Assembly: GCA_030390025.1 (NCBI GenBank)
Contig: CM059432.1
Span: forward strand, 118,546,001 to 118,610,000
From: Squalus acanthias
Lineage: Eukaryota
Length of the DNA stretch: 64,000 nt
Direction: 5' to 3'
This document shows positions 11,875 through 23,754 of the stretch, piece after piece. Numbering within the stretch: the stretch's first letter is position 1; each line of letters opens with the position of its first letter. Both the position numbers and the translations under genes were made by a program. Under the pieces are notes generated by a model, which saw nothing but the letters and a program-made list of their open reading frames with translations, searched no databases and was not told the origin of the DNA.

Positions 11875-12676
11875 GGCCCGAAATCTGCAGTCCGGATGAT
11901 GGCATACTGGCAGCGTTCGCTGTCATTCCGCCTTTGAAACTGACCGCAACTTACGGATTTAACGCATGTGCAGTGCAATCCGGAAGCCCTGAAGATGTGG
12001 TCTGTCAATCACAGCTCCGACACAGACTGCTCTCTGCCCCTCGCTCACCGCCTCCCCCCACCCCACATCCGCCACTCCCAGAGCCGACAATCAGTGAACT
12101 CGCTCAAATCAGGGAAACTGACGTAAACTCTGGCTCTTCCACAGTAATTACGCAATTAAATTCCCCACTAAAAGTTAGACCCAAACGAATTAGATGATTA
12201 GATGTAACAGGGATTTAAAAGCAGATTGACTGTTAAACAAAGTTTATGGGCCTGAAAAACTAGTTTTAATTTTGTGCAGTGTCATATTTATCCATTTTAA
12301 TAAAAAATAAAGTTTTTTAAAAACTTTTTAAAAAATTGAATTTTGCTTTTTAAAGGTTGTTCATCTTTACTTCAGGTTTGCCTTTTCCCCATGTGAGAGC
12401 CCCAATCTTTGTTTTGTTCTCTCTAACATTTGTAAAACGTTAGAATTTTAAGAGCTTACTCACTTCCTTGTTCGCTGTCTGTGAGAATTCGGCATTTTGA
12501 TTAGCTGCTTAGACAGCTTGTTGACGTCACAGCAGCTCGCACTAGGGGATCCCCACTATACTCTGATGATTTGAATTGCACCTTGGAAAACCCAAACTTC
12601 TCGACACAGGCATCGCGAGATCTTTGTACGAAGCTCACTTCGCGGCCAGCAGCGAACTGACTGCAAATTCCGGGCC
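11875..12676 (+). mobile_element. Harbinger-type MITE, family B
   Basis: TIR GGCCCGAAATCTGCAG / CTGCAAATTCCGGGCC; TSD ATT/ATT; homologous to copies at 20261 and 22471. Confidence 0.9.
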
Positions 12677-13315
12677 ATTGTCTTTTTAGTTAAGGTTCCT
12701 GCAGAATGAGGGAATTAGCTGGAGCTGAATGCTACAGCATCAAAGACATACTTATAATTAAAGGTTTCAATTGGTGGAATAACAATTATATGCTACAAGA
12801 GCAAAATTTTCCATAAAATAATGAATTATACCGCTCGCGTTAGCCCAACAGAAAAAGAGCTCTTTTGTAATGAAACCCACTTATTAGCTGAGGGGATTGA
12901 TAAGGTATAAATCCGATTAGATTCTCCTTGTAGGGAGTTGTATGTTAACTTTTGGTATAATTATGCAATGCAGAAACATGCAAATTGTTACATAGTCGGG
13001 TTGAGAGAAATGAATAAAAAAAGGCAGTTTGTAGAGATGGTAGGATTCATCAGGTTTGATTGGCCTGAAATACTGAACTCAGAACTGTAATGCATTTTAT
13101 TACTCAACCGTCAGGTGTGGTTATAAATACTTTTAATAGTGCATGTTTAAGTATTATTGCATGTGCTATATGCTTTTTTGACCTCAACAGTTCAAGAACC
13201 TTCATGATTTTGAAGGATAGATAGAACATCTAATCATAAATAACCACACAATGATAGTCATGGTATTACATTTACGCGTTTTCAGAATGGAGTCTTTCGC
13301 ATTATAATAGACTTA

Positions 13316-14117
13316 GGGAGAGAAATTTGGTATCGCCTCGTTGGGGGCGCTATTATCGGCCGGGCGCAAAGTTTAACGCCCCGCGCTAATTATCGCCTCT
13401 GACTGCAAAATTCGCCTCTATCGCCCCTGGAGGTGATTTGAGCACTAAATCAGGCGCTACACACCTCTCTTATGGCGCTAACGTCGAGGAGCGAGGCGCT
13501 ACCTCAGAACACTACCAAAGCTCAGGCGATGCCAATTACCATGGAACTCAGACAGACTGGCGCCGTCCAGTTCTTAAAGGGGAGGGGCCATCTTGCTGGC
13601 CAGCCACTCCCTGCTCATTGCAGCCTTGAATCTCGGCCTGGAGAGACCTCAAAAGCAATTGTGTTGGAAGCACTAATGGATAGGCCCAGGGAAAGAGCTC
13701 GGCGCTTAGGAACCTCAAAAGTGGTGCTGAGGGCCAAAACTCATTAGGACAGACTTAAAACCAAAAATTTTGCTGACAAGAAAAGGCAGGAAGTGCCCGC
13801 CTTTAAATAGCGTTCCCTAAGCCCCTTCCCAACTTGAAAACGTTCCCCTCTACCTGTCGTTGCTAATGGCAGGTGCTAAGGCAGGGGGCGCGACTCAATA
13901 TCTGGTCCGTGGCACTACCGGGGCATTGCACACTTGACTGACGTCACAATCTGCGGGCACAGGAGATCATGTCAGTAGTGTTTAGCGCCGCTGCAAAATG
14001 TCGTCAATTTCACAAGCGGCGCTAAAATTGCCGTGTTCGGGCGCTAACTTCCTAGCGCCCCGTTAGCGCCCCCCGGAGGCACCAACGGGAGGCGCTAAGC
14101 AACCAAATTTTTCCCCC
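13316..14117 (+). mobile_element. Harbinger-type MITE, family A'
   Basis: TIR GGGAGAGAAATTTGGT / ACCAAATTTTTCCCCC; TSD TTA/TTA; many subterminal GGCGCTA motifs. Confidence 0.9.
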
Positions 14118-14711
14118 TTATACTTTTGGTATAGTTGATCAAACGCAATAGATTTAGATGGTCAGCAATGACAAAGAATGCCTGTAACAGGGTCTATCAC
14201 TACCTTCCACCAGGCGGGCCCAGGGAATGGCAATAACAGGGGTCAGTCAGAGGGAGTTGCGCATGAGGCCAGACCTCATCAATTTCCTCCCTGCTGCTGG
14301 CAGTTACACGTGGCTGGTAGGAAAGAGGCAGCTGCAATGGTCCATGTGGGAGTGAAATTAAGGTTAAGGCAGGGTGGTGGTAGTAGGCCTCACTGCCTCA
14401 TTTTCCTGCCATTTCCGATTTTGGACGGGATAGCGGAGAAATGAAGCCCATTGGTTATTGAAATTTTTGATTCAATACGCAATGCCACGTGACTTGTGCG
14501 ACAAGCTACAAGAGTGTTTAAAGTGGCAGGCTCGTACTAATAAAGGTAATCTATGTAGTCACATTCACATTCTGGCAGCAACTCTTAGACCCCACTAACT
14601 GACTGACTGGTTATCAATGAGTCCACAGTATACAAAGTAATTTTTCAAGTAACTACCACTTTACTGCAGTAGCTAACACTCCTGCAACAGCTTCGTGAGG
14701 ATTGCAGGCTT

Positions 14712-15105
14712 TTTAAAAAATTATTTCACAGAATGTGGGCGTCGCTGGCAAGGCCAGCATTTATTGCTCATCCTTAATTACCCTTAAGAAGGTGGTGGTG
14801 AGCCAAGGGCAGTTAAGGGTCAATCACATTGCTGTGAGTCTGGAGTCAGATATAGGCCAGACCAGGTAAAGACAGCAGATTTCCTTCCCTAAAGGACATT
14901 AGTGAAACAGATGGGTTTTTACGACATCCGGTAGTTTCATGGTCCATTAGTAACACCCGCTTTTTTTAAATTCTAGATTTATTTAATTTAGTGAATTTAA
15001 ATTCCCCAGCTGCCGTGTTGGGATTTGAACTCACATCTGACCGGATCATTAGTCCAGGCCTCTGGATTACTAGTCCAGTAACATGACCATTTTGCCACCG
15101 TACCC
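14712..15105 (-). mobile_element. tRNA-derived SINE family X
   Basis: Reverse-complement homolog of 3544-3902, including the LINE-type tail. Confidence 0.8.
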
Positions 15106-18080
15106 GTAGGGTGCCATTGACTGCATCCACGTCGTTTTGTGGGTGCCGCATGTAAACTCTGAGAATTACCGCAACCGAAAGGGATTCCACTCCCTCAATG
15201 CTCAGCTGGTGTGCGACCATACTCAGTGAATCATGCAGGTTAATGCCCAGTATCTTAGCAGCAGTCAGGATGCCTTCATTCTGTGGCAGTCCACTGTGCC
15301 GTCTGCATGGAGGCACCACGACAAACCAAAGGGTGGCTACTGAACGACAAGGGCTAAACGTTAACAACATGGCTCATGACTCTGGTGCGCAACCTACACA
15401 CACATGTGCAGCACATGTACCGAAAGCCATGCTGCCACACAAAATATCATCGAGCAGACCATTGGCATGCTGAAGCAATGCTTCCACTGCCTGGATCGCT
15501 CTGGAGGAGTCCTGCAGTACTCGGCAGAGCGGGTGTCAAGATTCGTGGTAGTCCGCTGCATGCTGCATAACCCCGCCATCATGAGGGCACAGCCCTTGCA
15601 ACCAGTCTTATGGTGACCAGCTGAGGAGCAGGAGGAGGAGGAAGAGGAGGAGGAAGAGGAAGGGAGAAGGCAGCCCAGACAGACCATTTTTAGCCGGGCT
15701 GTCCATGACCAACTCATCTGGCTGTGATACCAGTATCCTCAACCCCAATTCCCCATTCACCAACAGTCCCACAGTCCTTACCTACCCTCTGTCACTGACC
15801 ATTACAGCGCCCGTTTGACCACAATCCAAAAATAAAAGCCAACCCAAATAAACATTCCAAACCAAATTTATAAGTTAAATTATGCAATATTTCATACAAA
15901 CATAAACTAATCAGCCTTGTGCAATCCCTTAGTGCCTGTCTTCCATGTGCCTTTGCTTGGCCTTGTGCTCCTACGCGGTGCTACCCCAGTGGCTGACGAA
16001 TGGCTGGTGGAAGGCTACTGATTTTCCATGGGTGAGATTGCAGATGGTCTTGGAGGATGATCTCAAGCAGCTCTGGGCCGAGAAGGTCGTCATGGGTGGC
16101 AGCAGTCTGGGCTGGCAGGTTGACAGGCAACAGCAAGGGCACTGACAGAGTGGCAGGGGTGGGAGAACAAATGCTGCCATCCTGAGAGAGAACAGCAGGT
16201 TCTTGCTCCACGGAGCCACTGCCACTCCCCCGGGGTGGTGCCTCAGCAATCTGTTGGAGGACAGATTGCTGGACTGCTGTGACTCCCTGCAGGCCCCTTT
16301 GAGCACTGGTAAGTGCAGCCACAATGGCAGCAAGCTGAGCTTGAATAACAGAAGTCTGAGCTTCCACTGCAGCACTCAGACATTGGGTGGCTTCTGCTTA
16401 TGCTGCAATTGAAGCTGAGACATCGACCATCAGACACTGCATCATGGTTGGGACCGCAAGTGTGCTAATGGAGTTGGCCATCATCTCCATGCTGGAAAGG
16501 ATGGGCTCCAGGCTCTGTGCAAAGCCTATGCCAAGTTGCCACTGGACTCCTCTATGCTCCTTGACATTGTGCTCAGGCTTTCTGGAAGGCCTGCCAATGC
16601 ACCAAGCATTTCATTGGGCATACCCATCAGCATTCTTCTGTAGCCTGCCCCATCAAATTCCTCATCTGAGTCCTGTGCAGCAGAACTCATGTGCGATCCT
16701 GCCCTCCGGTGAGCTGGCACCTGCGCTACCCTTGCCCCCTGCCTGGCTGCAAGCCATTTGTGCCCAGTGTCTCACCACCTGCAGATCCTGCTTCAAAGCT
16801 ATCCTCTAAAGCATGCGGAGTGTCAATATCTGAGCTGGTGGCTGCGAGTGTGAAATCAGTGATGGTGCTGTGCCTTCATCATCACTGCCTTCTTCCTCTT
16901 CCACCTTTTCTGTTCCACCACTGCCTGGCCAGGTTGCAGTTCTTGGGTATCTGAAAGGAGAAAGGCACAAGGGTCGGGCTGCGGTGCAGGGAGGGGGTAA
17001 GTAAGAGGTGCATGCTTACACCATCTGCAGCTTTTAAATCAAAAGACATTGTGGGATGAGGGGGAAGTGGGGTGTGAGAAGGAGGATTAGGTATGAGGAT
17101 ACCATTATCTTCAATTGATTCAGCCCCACCGCTGGCCAGGAGCTCAGCAATGGTGGCTCCAATGATGGCGACTGCCATCTCCTCCATCAGGGTAAGGTCA
17201 TGCAGGCGTGCCTGTGCCCATCGGTTAGTGCCTGTTGCCTTCGGTTATGCGTCAACTTGTCCTGCAAGAGAGATGGATATGTGTCAGTGAGTGTGGTGCA
17301 ATCTGTTTGAGTGATGTGCTTGTCATGGTTGAATAACTGGCAGTACGTGCAAGCTGTGAGATGTGGGAGTGAGGCTTGTAGCAGTGCTAAGTGTGTGAGG
17401 GTAAGGTGAAGCTATGAATGTTAGGTATGAGTCCTGTTTGATAGAGATTGTTGGTAGGTGAACAATGGGGGTGTGGTGCATGGAGCAGTGTGTGAGGCTA
17501 GTGGTGCAGTTTGTGGGATACGGCATTTGAAGATGAAGTCACTGATCTTGACCACTCACGTGAGGTCATTAAACTTTTTGTGGCTAAACTCCTGGCATTG
17601 ACCTCCATGGCTATCTGTTCCCATTGCCTTCTCATCGTATGTCTGGAGGGCCTCCTGACCCCTATGGATAGAGGACTTCTCTTGTCCCGTCCACCTCCTG
17701 CACCAAGGCCTCCAATGCATTGTCTGAGAACCTTGGAGCATGCTCTCTTCCCTGTTGTGCCATTAATCACTTTTCTTGCAGGTCAGACTCTCTTCCCCAG
17801 CCACTTCCAGCACCTGCTCCTGCCAGAATGCACCTCCCCTTTAAGAGGTGCAGGCTGGCTTTAAATAGTGCAGGCTAGCTTTAAGTGTTAGCCTCGCACG
17901 AACTTGGGCCCCCTGCTGAGGCATTCAGCCACTCATAAGCGCTGCCTCAACACTGCAGTCATTTAAATTAGCAGGCAGCACAAAGTTTGCGTGCTGCCTA
18001 CATTGGAACCAATGGGCGCAGACAAATTGTGCATCAGGATTCCCCACGCTCGTTTCCGGGGGCTATCGAATTTAGCCCCC
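15106..18080. mobile_element. Left-truncated, defective Harbinger transposon (transposase +, Myb/SANT ORF -, convergent)
   Basis: + strand GAIDCIHV, NRK.GFHSLNAQLVCD and HAATQNIIEQTIGMLKQCFHCLDRSGGVLQYS..MLHN (15108-15600). - strand Myb remnants (WEQIAMEVNA.., KKFNDLT). Right TIR CGAATTTAGCCCCC at 18067-18080. Confidence 0.85.
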
Positions 18081-18324
18081 TAGGCCTATTATAACAGGAA
18101 AGACTCCATTCTGATAATGTGCATGAATAGCATTGTGTATGTGTGTGCAAATTATTCTGGCAGTTACCAGGACTCATTCATTTTGTCAATCATGGACCAG
18201 AATGAAGCTTATGAAAGGAGAATCGGCAGGTTAGTGCAGGGTGATACATCAAATAACAAATCTCCTGGTCTTTAGGTGCTGTGTCTATATTTTTGGTGAA
18301 TGTCATTTTCTGCTTCACAGATGA

Positions 18325-19855
18325 CATAGGACATCCCAAAGCACTTCACAGCTAATGAGTTACTTTTGAAGTCTAGTCATTGTTGTTTTGTAGGCAAATA
18401 TAGCAGCCAATTTGGCCACAGTAAGGTTCCACAATCATAGAAACATAGAAAAATAGGAGCAGGAGTAGGTCATTCAGCCCTTCGAGCCTGCTCCGCCATT
18501 CAATATGATCATGGCTGGTCCTCTATCTCAATACCATATTCCCGCACTCTCCCCATACCCCTTGATACCTTTTGTGTCTAGAAATCTATCTATCTCCTTC
18601 TTAAATATATTCAGTGACTTGGCCTCCACAGCCTTCTGTGGTAGAGGATTCCAAAGGTTCACCATCCTCTGAATGAAGACATTTCTCCTCATCTCAGTCC
18701 TAAATTTCCTACCCCGTATCCTGTGACTGTGACCCCTCGTTCTCGACCCCCCCAGCTAGGGGAAACATCCTCCCTGCATCTAGTCTGTCTAACCCTGTCA
18801 GAATTTTATACGTTTCAATGAGATCCCCTCTCAGTCTTCTAAACTCTAGTGAATACAGGCCTAGTCGACCCAATCTCTCCTCATACGACAGTCCTGCCAT
18901 CCCAGGAATCAGTCTGGTGAACCTTCGCTGCACTCCCTCTATGACAAGTATATCCTTTCTTAGGTAAGGAGACCAAAACTGCACACAGTACTCCAGGTGT
19001 GGTCTCACCAAGGCCCTGTACAACTGTAGTAAGACAGTTGCTCCTGTACTCAAATCCTCTTGCAATGAAGGCCAACATACCATTTGCCTTCCTAACTGCT
19101 TGCTGCACCTGCATGTTTGCTTTCAGTGACTGGTGTACAAGGACACCCAGGTCCCTTTTCAACATTTCCCAATCTATCACCATTTAAATAATACTCTACC
19201 TTTCTGTTTTTCCTACCGAAGTGAATAACTTCACATTTATCCATGTTATACTGCATCTGCCATGTATTTGTCCACTCACTCAACTTGTCTAAATCGCCTT
19301 GAAGCCTCTTTGCATCCTCCTCACAACTCACAATCCCACCTAGTTTCGTGTCGTCAGCAAACTTGGAAATATTACATTTGGTTCCCTCATCCAAATCATT
19401 GATATATACAGTATTATGAATAGCTGGGGCCCAAGCATTGATCCCTGCGGTACCCCAGTAGTCACCACCCTGAAAAAGACCCATTTATTCCTACTCTCTG
19501 TTTCCTGTCTGTTAACCAATTTTCAATCCATGCCAGTATATTACCCCCAATCCCATGTGCTTTAATTTTGCACGAGATGCATGGCCAGTTAATCTGTTCG
19601 GTGGTTGACGGATAAAGATTGGCCAGGACACCAGGAGAATTCCCTGTTCTTCTTCAAAACCTGCCATGAGGAATTTTATCAGGCACATACAGAGCATCAG
19701 TATAACATCTTGTCTGAAAGACAACACTTTGACAATACAATACTGCATCAGTACTGTATTGAACTGTCAGCTTAGATAATGTGTTTAAAACCTGGAGTAA
19801 GAATTTAACACACAATAACCTGAATCAGAGACAAGTATATTACCACTGAGCCAAA
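18325..19855 (-). mobile_element. Old Deu-domain SINE split by a CR1 LINE insertion
   Basis: 3' part at 18325-18435 and 5' part at 19575-19855 are reverse-complement homologs of 6357-7106. Confidence 0.6.
18436..19575 (-). mobile_element. 5'-truncated CR1/HER1-like LINE
   Basis: RT motifs YINDLDEG..KFADDTKL and [19 protein letters not shown] in frameshifted ORFs; (tttctatg)n tail. Confidence 0.9.
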
Positions 19856-20260
19856 TTGGAGGATTAGAATACAGTCCCAACAAGGCTTACCACATTTTAC
19901 AAATATTCTGCATTCTTCATAACATGGCAACATCGTGTGGTATTATCTTTGATCTATTAGAAGACAATCATGGATAGATATAGAGGTGAGTGATGAAAGA
20001 TATCCAAAGAAAAATGATCAGATCAGTACCAAGAATATCCATAATGCAACCATCCATTTATTTGTCAATGGAATGTTTGGATACAGCTGTCACATGCTTA
20101 CACAGAACTCATTTTATTAGACAAAAGAGATTAGTATGCAGGTGGATCACGATTAATGATACGGTACTACTGTGAGTAAACATATTTGTATTAATGCATA
20201 TTAACAGTTACATGTCTACAAATGAACAAAATTTAATGTCACAAACCCATCTCTAGCAAT

Positions 20261-21798
20261 GGCCCAGAGTTTGCAGTCCTGATGACAGCAAACTGGCAGC
20301 GTTCGCCGTCATTCCGCCTATGAAACTGAACTCAACTTCAGGATGTAGCGCACGCGCATCCTAAAACGGAAATCCTGAAGTTGCGGTCTGTCATTCACTG
20401 CTCTGACAAAGGCTGCGCTGTGCTCCTCCACCTCCCCCTCTCCCTCCGCCCCCCCCCCACCCCACCACAACCACAGAGCCAGCAATCTGTAATCACTCAA
20501 ATCATGGAAAATGACAAAAACATCAGCTCTTCCACAGTAATTACACTGTTTAATTCCCCACTAAGAGTTAGACCCAAAAGGATTAGGTGTAACTGGGGTT
20601 TTAACAACTTATTGACTGCTAAACAAATGTTATGGGCCTGAAAAACTCATTTTAATTTTTTGGAATGTCAAATTTATCCATTTTAATGAAAAATAAAATT
20701 TTTAAGAAACTTTTTAAAGGTTTGCTCATCTTTATTTCAGGCTTGTCTTTCCCCATGTGAGAGCCCCAGTCTTTGTTTTGCTCTCTCTAACAGTTTTAAA
20801 AAGTTAGGGGGAAAAATTGAGTCACGCCCCCTTTGGGGCACTAACTTCACAGGGGCGCTACTTATAGCGGCCCAAAAAAATTAGCACCCCCGCGGCCGAT
20901 TTTCCCAGGTGGCGTCCCGAGAGGGAGGAGGGGCGCTACTGGATGCGCCCCGCGTCCCTCTTGGGGCGCTGCGAGGCAATATCACGGTGCTACGTGCCGC
21001 GGTACTGCAGGCCTTCCTCCCCTTATTAAAGGGGAGGGGTCTGGCGCAGCGCGTCCCGGCGCCCACTGGGCCACCAGGTATCGGGAATGCCAGCAAACGA
21101 GGCCGGCACTTAAGATGAGTGCCGGGCTCACGGAGAGCAGCCGGCACCCCGCGGGGGGGCTTCACGGGGCCCGGGAACAGCAACGGGGCAGGTGCTGGCA
21201 GGCGGCCAGCAACAAAAATGGCCATCCGCCACCTCCCCATTAACTAGCGCTGCCCCGGCCGCAGGTAGGTCCCCCTGACCCCGTCGGACATAGCGTCTGG
21301 CGGTAAGTCAGGGGGTGCTACTGAAGATCGCGGCCGGGGCGCGAGCGGGGCGCTGCGTATGGCGATGACGTCATCGCCGGCGGCGCAGCACCACGGGACA
21401 CTAATGGTTACCGCCGTCGCTAACCTCCCGCTGAATTTCGCAGGAGGCGTTGGCTGCGCCGCGCCCGGGAGCTAATTGCTTTGCGCCCCGTTAGTGCCCT
21501 AAGAGGGCACTAACGGGAGGTGAAAAGCAACCGAATTTTTCCCCCTTAGCATTTTAAGGGCTTACTCACTTCCTGGTTCACTGTCTGTGAGAATTCTGCG
21601 TTATGATTGGCTGATTACATAGCTTGTTGATGTCACAGCAGCTTGCACTAGGGGATCCCCACTATACTCCGATGATTTGAATTCAAGGTCGGAAAACCCA
21701 AACTTCTCGACACAGACATCGCGAGATCTTTGTGGGACGCTTACTTCGGGGCCAACGGTGAACACCTTCGCTTCGCCGCTGACCGCAAATTCTGGGCC
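20261..21798 (+). mobile_element. Family B MITE with a nested family A MITE
   Basis: TIR GGCCCAGAGTTTGC / GCAAATTCTGGGCC; flanks AAT/GAT; colinear with copies at 11875 and 22471 once 20807-21548 is removed. Confidence 0.9.
20807..21545 (+). mobile_element. Harbinger-type MITE, family A (CpG-rich)
   Basis: TIR GGGGGAAAAATT / AATTTTTCCCCC; TSD TTA/TTA; homologous to copies at 48560 and 59607. Confidence 0.92.
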
Positions 21799-22470
21799 GA
21801 TATGTTTGTCATAACCAACAGAAGGATATAAAAGCATCTCTAATTGAACCTAAGACTAGATTTACATGGTAACAGGATCTTCTGCTAAATTTGTAAAAGA
21901 AATGATGCTCGAGGTATTTGGTTTATGATCTGAAAATGTAACTATGATTACTGCTTTTATTTTAAGTAATCCAATAATAGGCTAGTTGCAAAACTAATGT
22001 TTTAAATCTAAAATGTAGGAATGGCATTCAAAACTAGGAGGGAGCACTTAATGGAATACAAAAACGTTCTGCCTCAGTGCAGGTTGAAATGTGGGTAGAG
22101 GCCAGCTTGCTGTATTATTTTAGTCAATAAAAATTCACTTCCTAAATTTCTCGTTAGCTTTCCAAATATTATATACGAAATATGGTGATTACTTGAAAAA
22201 ATACTGAGTGCCTATAAACAACACCATTCCTCATTTTCCGAAGACATGTCCATTGATCCAGTTGGAAATATCAATATCAACCAAAAAGTAGGAAAAGCAT
22301 TTTGCATCATCAAAGTTATCCTTTCTCTTTTGTGTGGAAGGTTATGTTGTATATATACCAAGTACAGTAGAATGTATGGGGGATTGAATTAAAGCTCAAG
22401 TAAATGAAGTGAGGCTTATGTAAGTACATCTGCTTGCTCTGGTTACTTAGTTTGTTCTCAAAATTACATT

Positions 22471-23252
22471 GGCGCGGAATTTGCAGTCAGGATGACAGTG
22501 AACCGGCAGCCTTCGCCATCATTCCGCCTTTGAAACTGACCGCAACTGCGGGATTTGGCGCATGCGGAAATCCTGAAGTTGGGGTCTGTCATTGACAGCT
22601 GCGAAACAGGCTGCGCTGTGCCCCCACGGCCACCCCCACCCCCACACACGGAGCCGGCAATCTGTGAAATCAGCCAAATCAGTGAAACTGAGGAAAACTT
22701 CGGCTCTTCCGCAGTAATTATGCTGTTAAATTCCCCAGTAAAAGTTAGATCCCAGGGATTAGGTGTAACTGGGGTTTTTAAAAACGTATTGACTGCTAAA
22801 CTGATGTTAAGGGCCTAGAAAACTAATTTTCATTTTGTGGCGTGTCAAATTTGTCCATTTTAATAAAAAATTAACTTTTTAAGAAATGGGAAAAAAAGTT
22901 TAATTTTTTTAAAAAGTTTCTTCATCTTTATTTCAGGTTTGCCTTTTCCCCATGTGAGAGCCCCAATCTTTGTTTTGCTCGCTCTAACATTTTTAAAAGT
23001 TGGAATTTTAAGAGCTTACTCACTTCCTTATTGGCTGTCTGTGATAATTCTGCATTTTGATTGGCTGCTTAGTCAGCTTGTTGGCGTCACAGTAGCTCGC
23101 ACAAGGGGATCCCCATTAACTTCCGTTGATTTGAATTCAAGGTCGGAAAACCCGAAATTCTCGACACAGGGATCGCGAGATCCTTGTGCGGAGCGTACCT
23201 CGGGGCCAGCAGCAAATGCCTTCGCTTCGCTGCTGGCCGCAAATTCCAGGCC
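22471..23252 (+). mobile_element. Harbinger-type MITE, family B
   Basis: TIR GGCGCGGAATTTGC / GCAAATTCCAGGCC; flanks ATT/AAT. Confidence 0.9.
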
Positions 23253-23754
23253 AATAACTCTCAGAATGCAGCACTACACTAATTAATTACATTTCTTCCA
23301 CAAACCAACCCTGCTTCCTATTGCAAGGGTTTCACTTATCAGTCCAAACACATCAATGACATTCAGTGGAAATCAATCTTTCCGAAATGGTTTGTGGAAT
23401 TCACTGTACTCAAAGTGATTTATGAAGGTGAGAACACAAGTGCAAACAAGATCAATAACTGAATGGGTCCATAATGGGCCGGGATAAAGAGTGGATGGCT
23501 GTACGCAGATAAACCAAACAAGACGTTTCAGTTAATTGGATCATTACATGCATTGCATTAGAGAAGCAAGATGAGCTAAGCATTCAGATAATTATTATTT
23601 TGTTATAATCTGTTGTGCAGTAGCTTTGCAAGCAATACAAAAGTGTTAAAAGGGAAAAGTTACAAAGAGAGTATTTTGTGCCGAAAAGGTGCTGTGGCAG
23701 TGGGACTAAAATCACATAAGAAACTGAACTGCTGACTTTGCGCTGGAGGTCCAC

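Noticed and set aside
15108..15620. Possible domesticated HARBI1 gene
   Set aside because: Frameshifts, stops, truncation and an adjacent TIR indicate a dead transposon copy.
20881..21240. Similar GC-rich ORFs at 20909, 48621 and 59706
   Set aside because: They are by-products of family A MITE homology and high GC; frames and lengths are not conserved between copies.
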